NCBI RefSeq assembly: GCF_000315625.1
Contig: NW_005434633.1
Span: 23,677-87,676, forward strand
Direction of reading: 5' to 3'
Length of the DNA: 64,000 nucleotides
Source: Guillardia theta CCMP2712
Taxonomy: Eukaryota > Protista > Cryptophyta
Below are positions 13,221-24,739 of this stretch, piece after piece. The position numbers were made by a program, and so were the translations under genes. The notes under the pieces are model-generated. The model made no database searches. It saw only the letters and a program-made list of their open reading frames with translations, and was not told the DNA's origin. Numbering within the stretch: position 1 is the stretch's first letter; every line of letters begins with the position of its first letter.

Positions 13221-14135
13221 ATGGCAGAGCAAGAACAGCTCTTCAGGCTGCGTGGCAGCGGTACCATAGCGCACTTGTCGACCACGCGCACCATGCCCCT
13301 CCAGGTCCTCGCTACGGTCTTCAAGGTAGGAGCGTATCAACGACATAGCCTCGAGCTCGGTTACAGCGACGTGGAGAAGCTTGAGCGAGGCAAGGCGTCT
13401 TCGCAGCGGTTCTGCATGAAGCTCAATGCTTGCTTCCAGTCCAAGGTCCCCCAGAGCCTGCCGCCAAGCATGCTCTTTGACGGAACCTCTGAGAGCAAGC
13501 GAGGCGATCCTCACGTCGGGATGGTTTGTCAAGCTGACATGACGGTCTGTTTGAAGCACGATGCGTATCTCTCTGTCTTGCTCCAGACCGTGATAGACAA
13601 CCCAGCGAGCGACGTCATAGCAGTCATGCCGGGCCCGGCGGGGTCGGCGGATTACAAGCAAGTACATGTCAAACAGCACGAGTACATCTCGTTCGAGATG
13701 GCAGAGACGCCAGACAAGGTGTGCGAAAAGATCTACCAGCTCAGCCGGCTATGTCACGTTCTGAAGGAGGAGTTTATCGGAGAGCAAGCGAGGATTGCAG
13801 CTACGGGGATACTGGTGAATGGCAAGAGAGAAGACTTCGAGCTCGGGGCTGAGGTAGTGAGATCGTTCTTGTCAGAGGCCAAGGCTGATCCCGACCTTTG
13901 CGAGCTTTTCGACTGGCAAGTGCCCATGTTTGTGTGCTATGCTCCCATTCGAACAGATCTCGATGCCAGCAGGTCAGAAATCGAGCTCTTCATGTCGCAG
14001 ATCCAGACGGAAGTCGCTGCGATCAGATCAAGAGACAAGACCCTCCTCAACGGACTAGCAGCATACATGTCGGACGACTACTTTCATTGCAAGGCTGACG
14101 CCATGAATGACCTTAACGCTAGAGAATCTTCTTGA
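13221..14135 (+). CDS. ORF311 family copy A1 (304 aa), putative degenerate PD-(D/E)xK nuclease-fold protein
   Basis: Intronless ORF from the ATG at 13221. Motif QADMTV..FEMAE..KIYQLSR..TGILVNG. Variant C-terminus. The fold call is inference. Confidence 0.7.
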   Translation: MAEQEQLFRLRGSGTIAHLSTTRTMPLQVLATVFKVGAYQRHSLELGYSDVEKLERGKASSQRFCMKLNACFQSKVPQSLPPSMLFDGTSESKRGDPHVGMVCQADMTVCLKHDAYLSVLLQTVIDNPASDVIAVMPGPAGSADYKQVHVKQHEYISFEMAETPDKVCEKIYQLSRLCHVLKEEFIGEQARIAATGILVNGKREDFELGAEVVRSFLSEAKADPDLCELFDWQVPMFVCYAPIRTDLDASRSEIELFMSQIQTEVAAIRSRDKTLLNGLAAYMSDDYFHCKADAMNDLNARESS

Positions 14136-14970
14136 CTATCTCAATCGACCAGAAACAGAAGATACCGAGTGATGTAGAAGCGCGATGCTGTTAGGCTGCC
14201 GTCAGCTTGCGCCGGGACCCAGTCCCTGGCACAGTGCGGGAGGAGAGACATAGTTTGCGAATAGCTTGAAGCCGCCTCCTGTTGCGATCGTAATACATCA
14301 CAGCTGTCCCTGTCACAGCCTTGGTAATTAATGCTGCTTATGGTCGAGACGATGTGCGGCCTGCAGCCGCTTGACCAGACTGCTCGCGTCATGATCACAA
14401 CCGACTCGAAATACTTTCAATGCGCTTGTTATTCGAGTATACACAGGTCCCTCCCAAACACCTCAATCCCCAACAACGCTCTGCTCCTCCTTCTGTCTCA
14501 TCTCACGCGCCGCAGTCTCGATGTGAACCAGGAACCCGCCAAGCAAGCTTCAGCTCGCGCCTGCTGCATCCTTGCCACAGCTCACCTATCGAACTCCTCT
14601 TTGATGAGGTCATGGCTCTCTTCCAGCGTCGTCGAGACCACGTGCACCTGCGCTAGTGACTGGGGGATCGCGCTCCTACTCGACTTCACGTCCTGCGACT
14701 CGTGCCCCACTATGACCACTGAGCGAGCATGCCGGGCCCTCTGGCGCGGACTTGCTGTAGCTGAAGACGACTGTCGGATCTTGTCGTTGTCTGCTTCGAA
14801 ACGAAAAAAAAAACATCAATCCTACCAGAGAGATGCTGCCTTTCCTCTTTTCTACTCTCTGACTCTGAGGTCAGCGCGATCTTCTATCAGACACCCCCCC
14901 CCCCATAGGTCCCGCCTTGTTTCACTTCGGCCCAACGACCGCGGCTTCTTCCGCTGCGCCGGCAGCGACT

Positions 14971-15906
14971 ATGGCAGAGCAAGAACAGCTCTTCAGGCTG
15001 CGTGGCAGCGGTACCATAGCGCACTTGTCGACCACGCGCACCATGCCCCTCCAGGTCCTCGCTGCGGTCTTCAAGGTAGGAGCGTATCAACGACATAGCC
15101 TCAAGCTCGATTACAGCGACGTGGAGAAGCTTGAGCGAGGCAAGGCGTCTTTGCAGCGGTTCTGCATGAAGCTCAATGCTTGCTTCCAGTCCAAGGTCCC
15201 CCAGAGCCTGCCGCCAAGCATGCTCTTTGACGGAACCTCTGAGAGCAAGCGAGGCGATCCTCACGTCGGGATGGTTTGTCAAGCTGACATGACGGTCTGT
15301 TTGAAGCACGATGCGTATCTCTCTGTCTTGCTCCAGACCGTGATAGACAACCCAGCGAGCGACGTCATAGCAGTCATGCCGGGCCCGGCGGGGTCGGCGG
15401 ATTACAAGCAAGTACATGTCAAACAGCACGAGTACATCTCGTTCGAGATGGCAGAGACGCCAGACAAGGTGTGCGAAAAGATCTACCAGCTCAGCCGGCT
15501 ATGTCACGTTCTGAAGGAGGAGTTTATCGGAGAGCAAGCGAGGATTGCAGCTACGGGGATACTGGTGAATGGCAAGAGAGAAGACTTCGAGCTCGGGGCT
15601 GAGGTAGTGAGATCGTTCTTGTCAGAGGCCAAGGCTGATCCCGACCTTTGCGAGCTTTTCGACTGGCAAGTGCCCATGTTTGTGTGCTATGCTCCCATTC
15701 GAACAGATCTCGATGCCAGCAGGTCAGAAATCGAGCTCCTCAGGATGGAAGTCGCTGACATGAGATCAAGAGACAAGGCCCTCAGAGCAGAGCTCCTCAA
15801 CGGACTAGCAGCATACATGTCGGACGACTACTTTCATTGCAAGGCTGACGCCATGAATGACCTTAACCATCTCTGTGACTACCTCGACGAAGATGAGACC
15901 GAGTGA
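14971..15906 (+). CDS. ORF311 family copy A2 (311 aa)
   Basis: Near-identical to A1; intact ORF. Confidence 0.7.
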   Translation: MAEQEQLFRLRGSGTIAHLSTTRTMPLQVLAAVFKVGAYQRHSLKLDYSDVEKLERGKASLQRFCMKLNACFQSKVPQSLPPSMLFDGTSESKRGDPHVGMVCQADMTVCLKHDAYLSVLLQTVIDNPASDVIAVMPGPAGSADYKQVHVKQHEYISFEMAETPDKVCEKIYQLSRLCHVLKEEFIGEQARIAATGILVNGKREDFELGAEVVRSFLSEAKADPDLCELFDWQVPMFVCYAPIRTDLDASRSEIELLRMEVADMRSRDKALRAELLNGLAAYMSDDYFHCKADAMNDLNHLCDYLDEDETE

Positions 15907-16931
15907 TGTAGAAGCGCGATGCTGTAAGGCTGCCGTCAGCTTGCGCCGGGACCCAGTCCCTGGCACAGTGCGGGAGGAGAGACATAGTTTGCGAATAGCT
16001 TGAAGCCGCCTCCTGTTGCGATCGTAATACATCACAGCTGTCCCTGTCACAGCCTTGGTAATTAATGCTGCTTATGGTCGAGACGATGTGCGGCCTGCAT
16101 TCACACCCGCCGTCGGGATGCCCACCGATGTGTCCAGACCTCTCCCGACAGCCCGGCCGGCTGACAGCAGAGCACAGCCCGCATCTACCTCCCGACTAGT
16201 ATCGCCACAGCCTGCATGGTCTCCTACCCACGTGGGATGTTACTGCAAGCCCGCTCCCGAGCGCCCATGAAGCGGACTACTCGGATCTCTGCTCTCCGCA
16301 CTCTCCCAAGTGAGGCTCAAGTGCAGCACCTTGACCAGACTGCTCGCGTCACGATCACAACCGACTCGAAATACTTTCAATGCGCTTGTTATTCGAGTAT
16401 ACACAGGTCCCTCCCAAACACCTCAATCCCCAACAACGCTCTGCTCCTCCTTCTGTCTCATCTCACGCGCCGCAGTCTCGATGTGAACCAGGAACCCGCC
16501 AAGCAAGCTTCAGCTCGCGCCTGCTGCATCCTTGCCACAGCTCACCTATCGAACTCCTCTTTGATGAGGTCATGGCTCTCTTCCAGCGTCGTCGAGACCA
16601 CGTGCACCTGCGCTAGTGACTGGGGGATCGCGCTCCTACTCGACTTCACGTCCTGCGACTCGTGCCCCACTATGACCACTGAGCGAGCATGCCGGGCCCT
16701 CTGGCGCGGACTTGCTGTAGCTGAAGACGACTGTCGGATCTTGTCGTTGTCTGCTTCGAAACGAAAAAAAAAACATCAATCCTACCAGAGAGATGCTGCC
16801 TTTCCTCTTTTCTACTCTCTGACTCTGAGGTCAGCGCGATCTTCTATCAGACACCCCCCCCCCCGATAGGTCCCGCCTTGTTTCACTTCGGCCCAACGAC
16901 CGCGGCTTCTTCCGCTGCGCCGGCAGCGACT

Positions 16932-17867
16932 ATGGCAGAGCAAGAACAGCTCTTCAGGCTGCGTGGCAGCGGTACCATAGCGCACTTGTCGACCACGCGC
17001 ACCATGCCCCTCCAGGTCCTCGCTGGGGTCTTCAAGGTAGGAGCGTATCAACGACATAGCCTCGAGCTCGGTTACAGCGACGTGAAGAAGCTCGAGCGAG
17101 CCGAGGCGTCTTTGCAGCGGTTCCGCATGAAGCTCAATGCTTGCTTCCAGTCCAAGGTCCCCCAGAGCCTGCCGCCAAGCATGCTCTTTGACGGAACCTC
17201 TGAGAGCAAGCGAGGCGATCCTCACGTCGGGATGGTTTGTCAAGCTGATATGACGGTCTGTTTGAAGCACGATGCGTATCTCTCTGTCTTGCTCCAGACC
17301 GTGATAGACAACCCAGCGAGCGACGTCATAGCAGTCATGCCGGGCCCGGCGGGGTCGGCGGATTACAAGCAAGTACATGTCAAACAGCACGAGTACATCT
17401 CGTTCGAGATGGCAGAGACGCCAGACAAGGTGTGCGAAAAGATCTACCAGCTCAGCCGGCTATGTCACGTTCTGAAAGAGGAGTTTATCGGAGAGCAAGC
17501 GAGGATTGCAGCTACGGGGATACTGGTGAATGGCAAGAGAGAAGACTTCGAGCTCGGGGCTGAGGTAGTGAGATCGTTCTTGTCAGAGGCCAAGGCTGAT
17601 CCCGACCTTTGCGAGCTTTTCGACTGGCAAGTGCCCATGTTTGTGTGCTATGCTCCCATTCGAACAGATCTCGATGCCTGCAGGTCAGAAATCGAGCTCC
17701 TCAGGATGGAAGTCGCTGACATGAGATCAAGAGACAAGGCCCTCAGAGCAGAGCTCTTCAACGGACTAGAAGCATACATGTCGGACGACTACTTTCATTG
17801 CAAGGCTGACGCCATGAATGACCTTAACCATCTCTGTGACTACCTCGACGAAGATGAGACCGAGTGA
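16932..17867 (+). CDS. ORF311 family copy A3 (311 aa)
   Basis: Near-identical to A2; intact ORF. Confidence 0.7.
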   Translation: MAEQEQLFRLRGSGTIAHLSTTRTMPLQVLAGVFKVGAYQRHSLELGYSDVKKLERAEASLQRFRMKLNACFQSKVPQSLPPSMLFDGTSESKRGDPHVGMVCQADMTVCLKHDAYLSVLLQTVIDNPASDVIAVMPGPAGSADYKQVHVKQHEYISFEMAETPDKVCEKIYQLSRLCHVLKEEFIGEQARIAATGILVNGKREDFELGAEVVRSFLSEAKADPDLCELFDWQVPMFVCYAPIRTDLDACRSEIELLRMEVADMRSRDKALRAELFNGLEAYMSDDYFHCKADAMNDLNHLCDYLDEDETE

Positions 17868-18383
17868 TGTAGAAGCGCGATGCTGTAAGGCTGCCGTCAG
17901 CTTGCGCCGGGACCCAGTCCCTGGCACAGTGCGGGAGGAGAGACATAGTTTGCGAATAGCTTGAAGCCGCCTCCTGTTGCGATCGTAATACATCACAGCT
18001 GTCCCTGTCACAGCCTTGGTAATTAATGCTGCTTATGGTCGAGACGATGTGCGGCCTGCATTCACACCCGCCGTCGGGATGCCCACCGATGCGTCAAGAC
18101 CTCTCCCGACAGCCCGGCCGGCTGACAGCAGAGCACAGCCCGCATCTACCTCCCGACTAGTATCGCCACAGCCTGCATGGTCTCCTACCCACGTGGGATG
18201 TTACTGCAAGCCCGCTCCCGAGCGCCCATGAAGCGGACTACTCGGATCTCTGCTCTCCGCACTCTCCCAAGTGAGGCTCAAGTGCAGCACCTTGACCAGA
18301 CTGCTCGCGTCACGATCACAACCGACTCGAAATACTTTCAATGCGCTTGTTATTCGAGTATACACAGGTCCCTCCCAAACACC

Positions 18384-19147
18384 TCAATCCCCAACAACGC
18401 TCTGCTCCTCCTTCTGTCTCATCTCACGCGCCGCAGTCTCGATGTGAACCAGGAACCTGCCAAGCAAGCTTCAGCTCGCGCCTGCTGCATCCTTGCCACA
18501 GCTCACCTATCGAACTCCTCTTTGATGAGGTCATGGCTCTCTTCCAGCGTCGTCGAGACCACGTGCACCTGCGCTAGTGACTTGGGGATCGCGCTCCTAC
18601 TCGGCTTGACGTCCTGCGACTTTCTGTGTGCCATGATCATACATTGACTGTCCTTGAAGCCCATGTTCTGCCCAAACCATCTGTGCCTGCTCACCAAGAT
18701 CAGCCAGCACACAGCAGAAAAGGGTCTCACCATTGATCCAGATCCTTCTCCTCCCCAGCGTTCCCAGCGTCGTACACATAGATTGCTCCCATGGCTCCAT
18801 GCATGATCGCCGGCCATGCTGCTTCGTAGGCCCTATCCCCTGACACATCCCACAGCTCCACAGAAACATTCACCTTCAAGGAACACAAAGTGAGTGAGCG
18901 ATGGAGGGAGCAGGGGTGAGGGAGGGAAGGGACAGAAGCTTAAAGAGAGAGATCAAGGAAAGCACATCACCGATCCTGTCCCTTTCCTCACAGTTCGATC
19001 AAACTCCAGGATTCTAGTACCAACCGTCGGCTTGGTGGGAGCCATGGACGGGTTTTCACAGTTCTGAACAGCATCTGCCAAGAAGTTTGCAAGAGAAGAT
19101 TTGCCGCTCGACTTTGGTCCCACCATTAGGATTTTGACCTCCGTCAT
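18384..19147 (-). CDS. IFT22: Intraflagellar transport protein 22 (RABL5-like small GTPase), 4 exons
   Basis: Spliced product MTEVKILMVGPKSSGKSSLANFLADA..PTVGTRILEF..VELWDVSGDRAYEAAWPAI..QCMIMAHRK..IKEEFDRFL..EEQSVVGD* matches the RABL5/IFT22 pattern. Confidence 0.9.
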
Positions 19148-19911
19148 TGTCGATTGTATTCCCAGGCTACCTGCAACGACATGTATCAGTTTGGCAACAT
19201 CTTCATGATTCAAGTTTCGATTAACACTCGATCCAATCAAAATGTTTTGATGTTTTTATGAACTTCATGTTTTTGGTATGTGCTCTTGATAATTCCTCTT
19301 ACGACTCGAGCAGTCATGTCATTAGGATAGACGCATCAATCCATGCACTTGAGACTTGTCAGTACATTGTTGTCCTACTAAACCATTCCTTGTACCACGT
19401 GTCTTCACCTCCAAGTCCATCTCCTTCATCATCTTGCTTCTCCAGACTCTTCTATCTTCCTCTTTCCCTCGCTCCCGACCTCCCCTTGTCCATTTCAACC
19501 CCATGCTCTGTTCCTGCGGCAACCGCCATCGTTTGAACTCTCCACTGCAGGTTCCCCTCAGCTCACTTGCTAAAGATTCAGTCGGGCAGCAGATATTGAC
19601 TAATTCATCGAATAGGTTCACAGATTAGTACATTGGAAAGGGTAGGGGTACTCTCACAGCACCCCTGAGATTGTATATGGAAGGTAGGGGTTAGAGGCAA
19701 ACATCTCCTTGTGAAGTGGGGTAGGGGTCCGTGATGCTGCCAGTAGAACCCGGAGGGACATGGCATGAAAGAGCGAACGGGCAAAATGGGCGAGACGCGA
19801 GAAATGGAGGAAGGCAGGTGAAGAACGAGAAGCTGCTGAGGAGGATAGTGAGGCATCTGTGAGGAGCAAAGAGAAGTAGAGAGCAGGGAAGCAGGGAAGC
19901 AGAGCAGCAGG

Positions 19912-22335
19912 ATGTCGAAAGCAAAACTACTTTTCTACAAGATCGCGCAGAAGACCGTCAATTTCTTCAAAGAGGACGAAGAAACCTTGCGGAAGAAAGA
20001 GATCTCAGGACAGACGCCGGTATGCATGCTTCATCCTCTTCAAGGTTTTGCTGAGATCTTGACCATATCAAAGGTTCACGTGGCGATCAACATCATCCTC
20101 CAGATCGGGTTGATCGTGGTGTTCATGCTGAATGTAGACCACCAGAAGTATCCTGCTCATCCGAACCCTCCGGCGTACCCTGGTGTTGGACAACCAGGTA
20201 GAGCATGCGGCTGTTAGGTATGAGTCGCTCACTCCTTGACCAAGGTGGTCCTACCTTGCCCCAGCCTGAGCCTGTCATCCCCTTCAAACGGTAAAGGAGG
20301 GATACAACAACCTTCCAGCACATTGTGATCGAATCTCAGGTATCCTGCTGGTTTTGATGTGTGGGGACCAAGACCAGACGGGAGTCTGACTTCTCGGCTC
20401 GCGGAGACCGTCATGCAGAACCAGTTCAAGTAGTTCAACTCTCTTCCGCCTCTCTGAAACCACACTCTGATGCTTCCTCAAAGGTTTTTCATCGAGATCA
20501 CCACGTATGTTTACCTGGGATTTGCTCTCCAATACTCCTTCTTGAGGAAGTTCGGATACAGCACCATGTCTTTCGGTCTGCTTCAGGCTACGGTCGCTGC
20601 GCAGTGGGGGATCGTCTGGATGCAGCTGATAGACGTCATACACTGTCAGGTAGTCAACCAAGAGGGGAATATTAACTTGGAAGCTCAATGCTTGTCCAGT
20701 ACCTCAAGTCAAACTTCATAAACATAGATGCGCAATGCACACCGCCATTCACTGCCGAACAGATCTCCCCGACCTATAGTCAGAAGCAGCTCAGACAGGT
20801 TCCCTGCTTGTTTGGAAATACTGGGAGAGGTGCGCTGTTGACGATCGCATTTCGGTTGAACAGGCGTGCTCATGCCAACTGTGGGATGTCATCCATGGCA
20901 ACAGAAGTATTGTGACAGAGCAGCCGAATTATGCCCACCATACCCTCATCACGATAGGGAAGATGAACTTTGACAACACGTTTGTCATCACTCTACCCTC
21001 TTTGATGGAAGGCCTGTTAGCAACGATACCCGTGCAGGTATGTCGGCATTGTGGTCGTAGATGTTGGTGAAAGACTTTTCATCAGATCACGTACGGGATG
21101 CTGCTCGGTAAAGTCGGCCCCAGCCAGCTGATGCTCTGCGCTCTCACCTGCGTGACTTGCTACGGAATCAACTATTGGATCGTCATCTACGTGCTGGGGG
21201 CATGGGACCACGTGGGAGGCTCTTGTATCATACACGCATTCGGCGCTTTCTTTGGCATCGGGTAAGCCATGCGCTGCTCCTTTCATGAGCAACCTGAGAG
21301 AATGGTCTAGCTGCACTCTGTTTGCATCGCCAAAGGGAGTGGCTTCCAACCCGGACAACTCTCCAAGGTGCAGAACAACCTTTCCATGAATTCCAGGTGT
21401 GTGAGCGTGTACAGGTACAACGCAGACGTTCTCTGCACTGTAGGAGTGATCCTGAACTGGATCACCTTTCCATCCATCAATGCATACTTCGCCCCGGCTG
21501 CGGCGCAACAAGCAGTGGTCATCAACACTTACCTGTCACTTTTCAGCAGTTGTGTAGCATCGATGCTGTTCTCAAGCTTGTACTCACAGCAGTTCAAGTT
21601 CGATCCTGCAGACATTCAGCGCTCTTGCATATCCGGAGGAGTAGCGATCTCTTCAGTGGCCTCCCTCTTCGTTCAACCCTACCAGGCCATGCTGATCGGG
21701 TTTGCCGGAGGCTTTGCCTGCAGCACCTCCCACAACTTCCTCCGAAAGTTTCTCGAGAAGAAGCTGATGATAACTGACACCGTCGGTGTTGTCAGCCTGC
21801 ATGCCATCCCCTCCGCCATCGCTTGGATCGCAGGTGAGCATGCTCGGGTCAGCTCTCAAGCTTGTTCATGTCGACACCTTGCAGGCGTCATCAGCGTGGC
21901 TCCTCTCAACACAGCCTACATGGGGAAATGGGCTGGTACTCAGTACATCTCCCAGCAGACTAAGACGCTGCCCTTCGGATTGGAGTACGGACAAATCTTT
22001 CAGCACACCGCTGGCAACGGCGATACAGCTCGTTACCAGGTAACCCCTCTTCAGCTGATAGCAATACCGCCCCCATGCTCCTTCTCCTCCTGACTTTCCT
22101 TAAGCTTATAATGTATCCTACCACCGTCGCCTTTGCTCTTTCTTCAGGAGCGCTGTGCGGATTTCTAGCGAGGAATGTGAAGGGGCCGTCGGTAGCCCGC
22201 AGCTTCTCAGGTGCCTGCATGCTTGTTGGGTCACCTTGTGCTGAGCTGTGCCTTGAAGATTCTATCTTCTGGTTTGTTCCCGAGGATTTCAGAAAGACAG
22301 AGGACCTGATGAGAAAGGAAACGACGGCCGTGTGA
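19912..22335 (+). CDS. Rh-type ammonium transporter (Amt/Mep/Rh family), multi-exon
   Basis: LGFALQYSFLRKFGYS, DHVGGSCIIHAFGAFFG, VILNWITFPSINA, ISGGVAISS, DTVGVVSLHAIP (twin His), EDSIFWFVP. Confidence 0.9.
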
Positions 22336-22400
22336 GAAGATGGAGGGAGACAGAAATCGCAATTACAATCGTACTTTACATCAAATACAAGGCAAAGAAA

Positions 22401-24381
22401 TCAAGCGAAATGTGAGATATGAATGTTCCTAGACGGGGAAGGCTTGAAAGATTCCTTGACATCATCCTGACTGGTGAGTCTCTGTCCCAAGTAGAGGGAG
22501 GGATCGCGGTGTATGAATCGAGTCACGATGATCTCTGCCTCCACAGAGCAGCCCGGCCTCCTGCCTCCCACCTTGCTAGTGAATGGCCAGGAGTCCACGT
22601 TGATAGGTTTCATCACGCAGCCGCAGCCGCACCATGGACGTCGGTGAGAGCAGAAGCTGTCGCAAGACTCCGCGCCTGGGGAGAAGGACTGTCGGGCCCT
22701 GCTGCCCGTTGGCTCCTGACTGCCAATCACGTCGCCGACTTCTTCGTGGGCAATTGGCTGGCAGGAGAGTTTGCAAGTAGAGGACGAGGAGCTTGCATCC
22801 TCGAGCGAGGCCTGGGAGTCACGCTTGAGGTCCATAGGGCAGGAGGAATCTGTCCAGAGGGGAGAGCTCTGCACGGGAAGAGAATCACATCGAGGAAATC
22901 GAGAGGGAGAGCACAAAGGTTACATCATCGAATTCGTCGTTCAGCTCTGTGCTGATCATTGTCTTGTTCAAACATCGAGGAATCCAGGAAGGCGAAAAAG
23001 TTGACGTCTTCTTCTGCTTGTCAGTTGCCTTCCAATCCCTCGCTGCCAGCCGTCTGAGCTTCTTCCATATTTTGGATGAGCTGGCGAGTTTCAAAGGTCT
23101 GGCATCGGCACCCTCCTCTTTGCTCTCCTGCGCCCCAGATTTTGATTCAGACTCTTCGCCCTCGCTGCAAGTCTTGACGCTCTCTCCTGTTGCGGGCCGG
23201 TCAGCATCGGACTCGCTGTCGTCGCAGCGTCCACAGGCCGACGCATCATCAGCATTTGCAGGAAAATTCTGGATGTAGAATCTCTGCACCGGCGCTACTC
23301 CCCCGATCGAGCGACCTTGCTCTTTCGCGCTCAGTGGAGCAGGGGTGTAGTCCCGCTGCAATCCTTCGATGTTCATAGAGAAGCTGATCGAGTTGGTCTC
23401 ACTGTCCCACCCTTGGGTAACATAGACGTAGGGGTTCTCCACCACCTCAGCGCAGTCTTCGTCGATCTCCTTCAGCATCAGGCTGGTCGTCCACGCGATG
23501 TTGCCTTGCTCCTGATCTTTGAAGATGCAGTACGCCTCCGGTGATTTGTTCCGACGATTTTGATCTTTATCTGCAAGCTATCGAGTGAGTTCATCTCTCT
23601 ACAGCACTCGGTTTTATTTCTCACCTCCCAGGAACAGCTTCTGACTATCAGCACAAGAAACCTGATATGCCACATGTGAGGGAAGAGCTGTCATGGTCCT
23701 CGGAGTTCCTACCTCGGAAGGTTCAACAGAGGCGTCCCTGTTGCAGTACTTGCTGAGTGAACAAGTTTCTTCACACCCCTCTGTCACGGCCGAGCTCCTG
23801 TTTCAAGGTGAGATAGCATCTGCACGCATGGCTAGATTCATACTTGAGGCTAGCACTTGCTTCGCCGTCATACTTGCCTGCCACTGTGTCTTCGCATTGA
23901 TTTCTCCCTGCTTCCTGCTCTCGATTTGACTTTTGGAGCCATTCATCGACAAAGCTCAAGTCTTTGCTCGGCTGAATCTCGCTTTCAGCCTTGCGTGAGA
24001 GCATTTGGTAGAACAGCAGCACTTTAGCCTTTTGCTTCAACAAGTCCTCGTTCCGAGAAGCTTGCCTTCCCAGGAACTACAAAGAGAGCGGCGCGTCAGG
24101 GCTCGGTCTGGCTATGATGCAGTTTCACTCACCATCGACGTGAATGGACTGTGCTTTGTCGCCACCTGACTCCGAAGATGGCTCCTACTCACCGACGTGA
24201 TATCAGAATCTGCCACCGAAACATCGTCCTCCGAGTCACAAGGTCCCTCCCGCGGGTCCACGCTAAGAGGGATATCATAGCTCTGCTGTTCATCATCGTC
24301 TTCCGTGGCGTCTCCCAAGCCAGGTCTGGGACTCCTCAATGATTCAAGCATGGTCTCACGAGAGCGTGTTCCGTTCCCCAA
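22401..24381 (-). CDS. Hypothetical multi-exon protein
   Basis: Minus-strand open exons (24112-24381, ~23930-24070, 22885-23560 and others) with GT/AG borders. No domain recognised; 3' end approximate. Confidence 0.5.
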
Positions 24382-24739
24382 TGGACTACCCCACAGTTAT
24401 GGATTTCCGGCTGACATAAGGCTAAAAACACGTCTGCAATGAAAGATGTCAGATACATCAGGTTGAAATCCTGCTTGATCATTGTTGAATCTCCACTCGG
24501 CATCTACTGTCTGACCTAGCTCTACCAGTACCTTCCTGCTCACACATATGCAAAACCACCAAAACCACCAAAAGAAGATGTCTCCTCTTCTCTCAACGCC
24601 TTCAGAAGAAGAAAGTTTTCATCGGCAGGTTACATTGAATGCATCCTCCCTCCCTCCCTCCTGCATGCCTGCCTGCCTTGCTCCCTGGTCCCACACTGCC
24701 ATGCGATCCTTCGCGTCCACAAAGCGCACCGTCCACCCC

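Larger units (their letters stand above)
13050..18621 (+). repeat. Tandem array A: three head-to-tail units (periods 1750 and 1961 bp), each ORF311 + 3' flank + antisense IFT22 3' half; the third unit runs into the real IFT22 gene
   Basis: Near-identical sequence at 13.05-14.8, 14.8-16.76 and 16.76-18.62 kb. Unit 1 lacks ~230 bp of the 3' flank. Confidence 0.95.

Noticed and set aside
13101-13679. Antisense ORFs (MLFDMYLL.. family) and spacer ORFs (MRLLFEY.., MVSYPRG..)
   Set aside because: Shadows of ORF311 or of the IFT22 strand; disrupted in some copies.
13050-18621. CRISPR-like array
   Set aside because: Units are ~2-kb gene-containing repeats, not short repeats with unique spacers.
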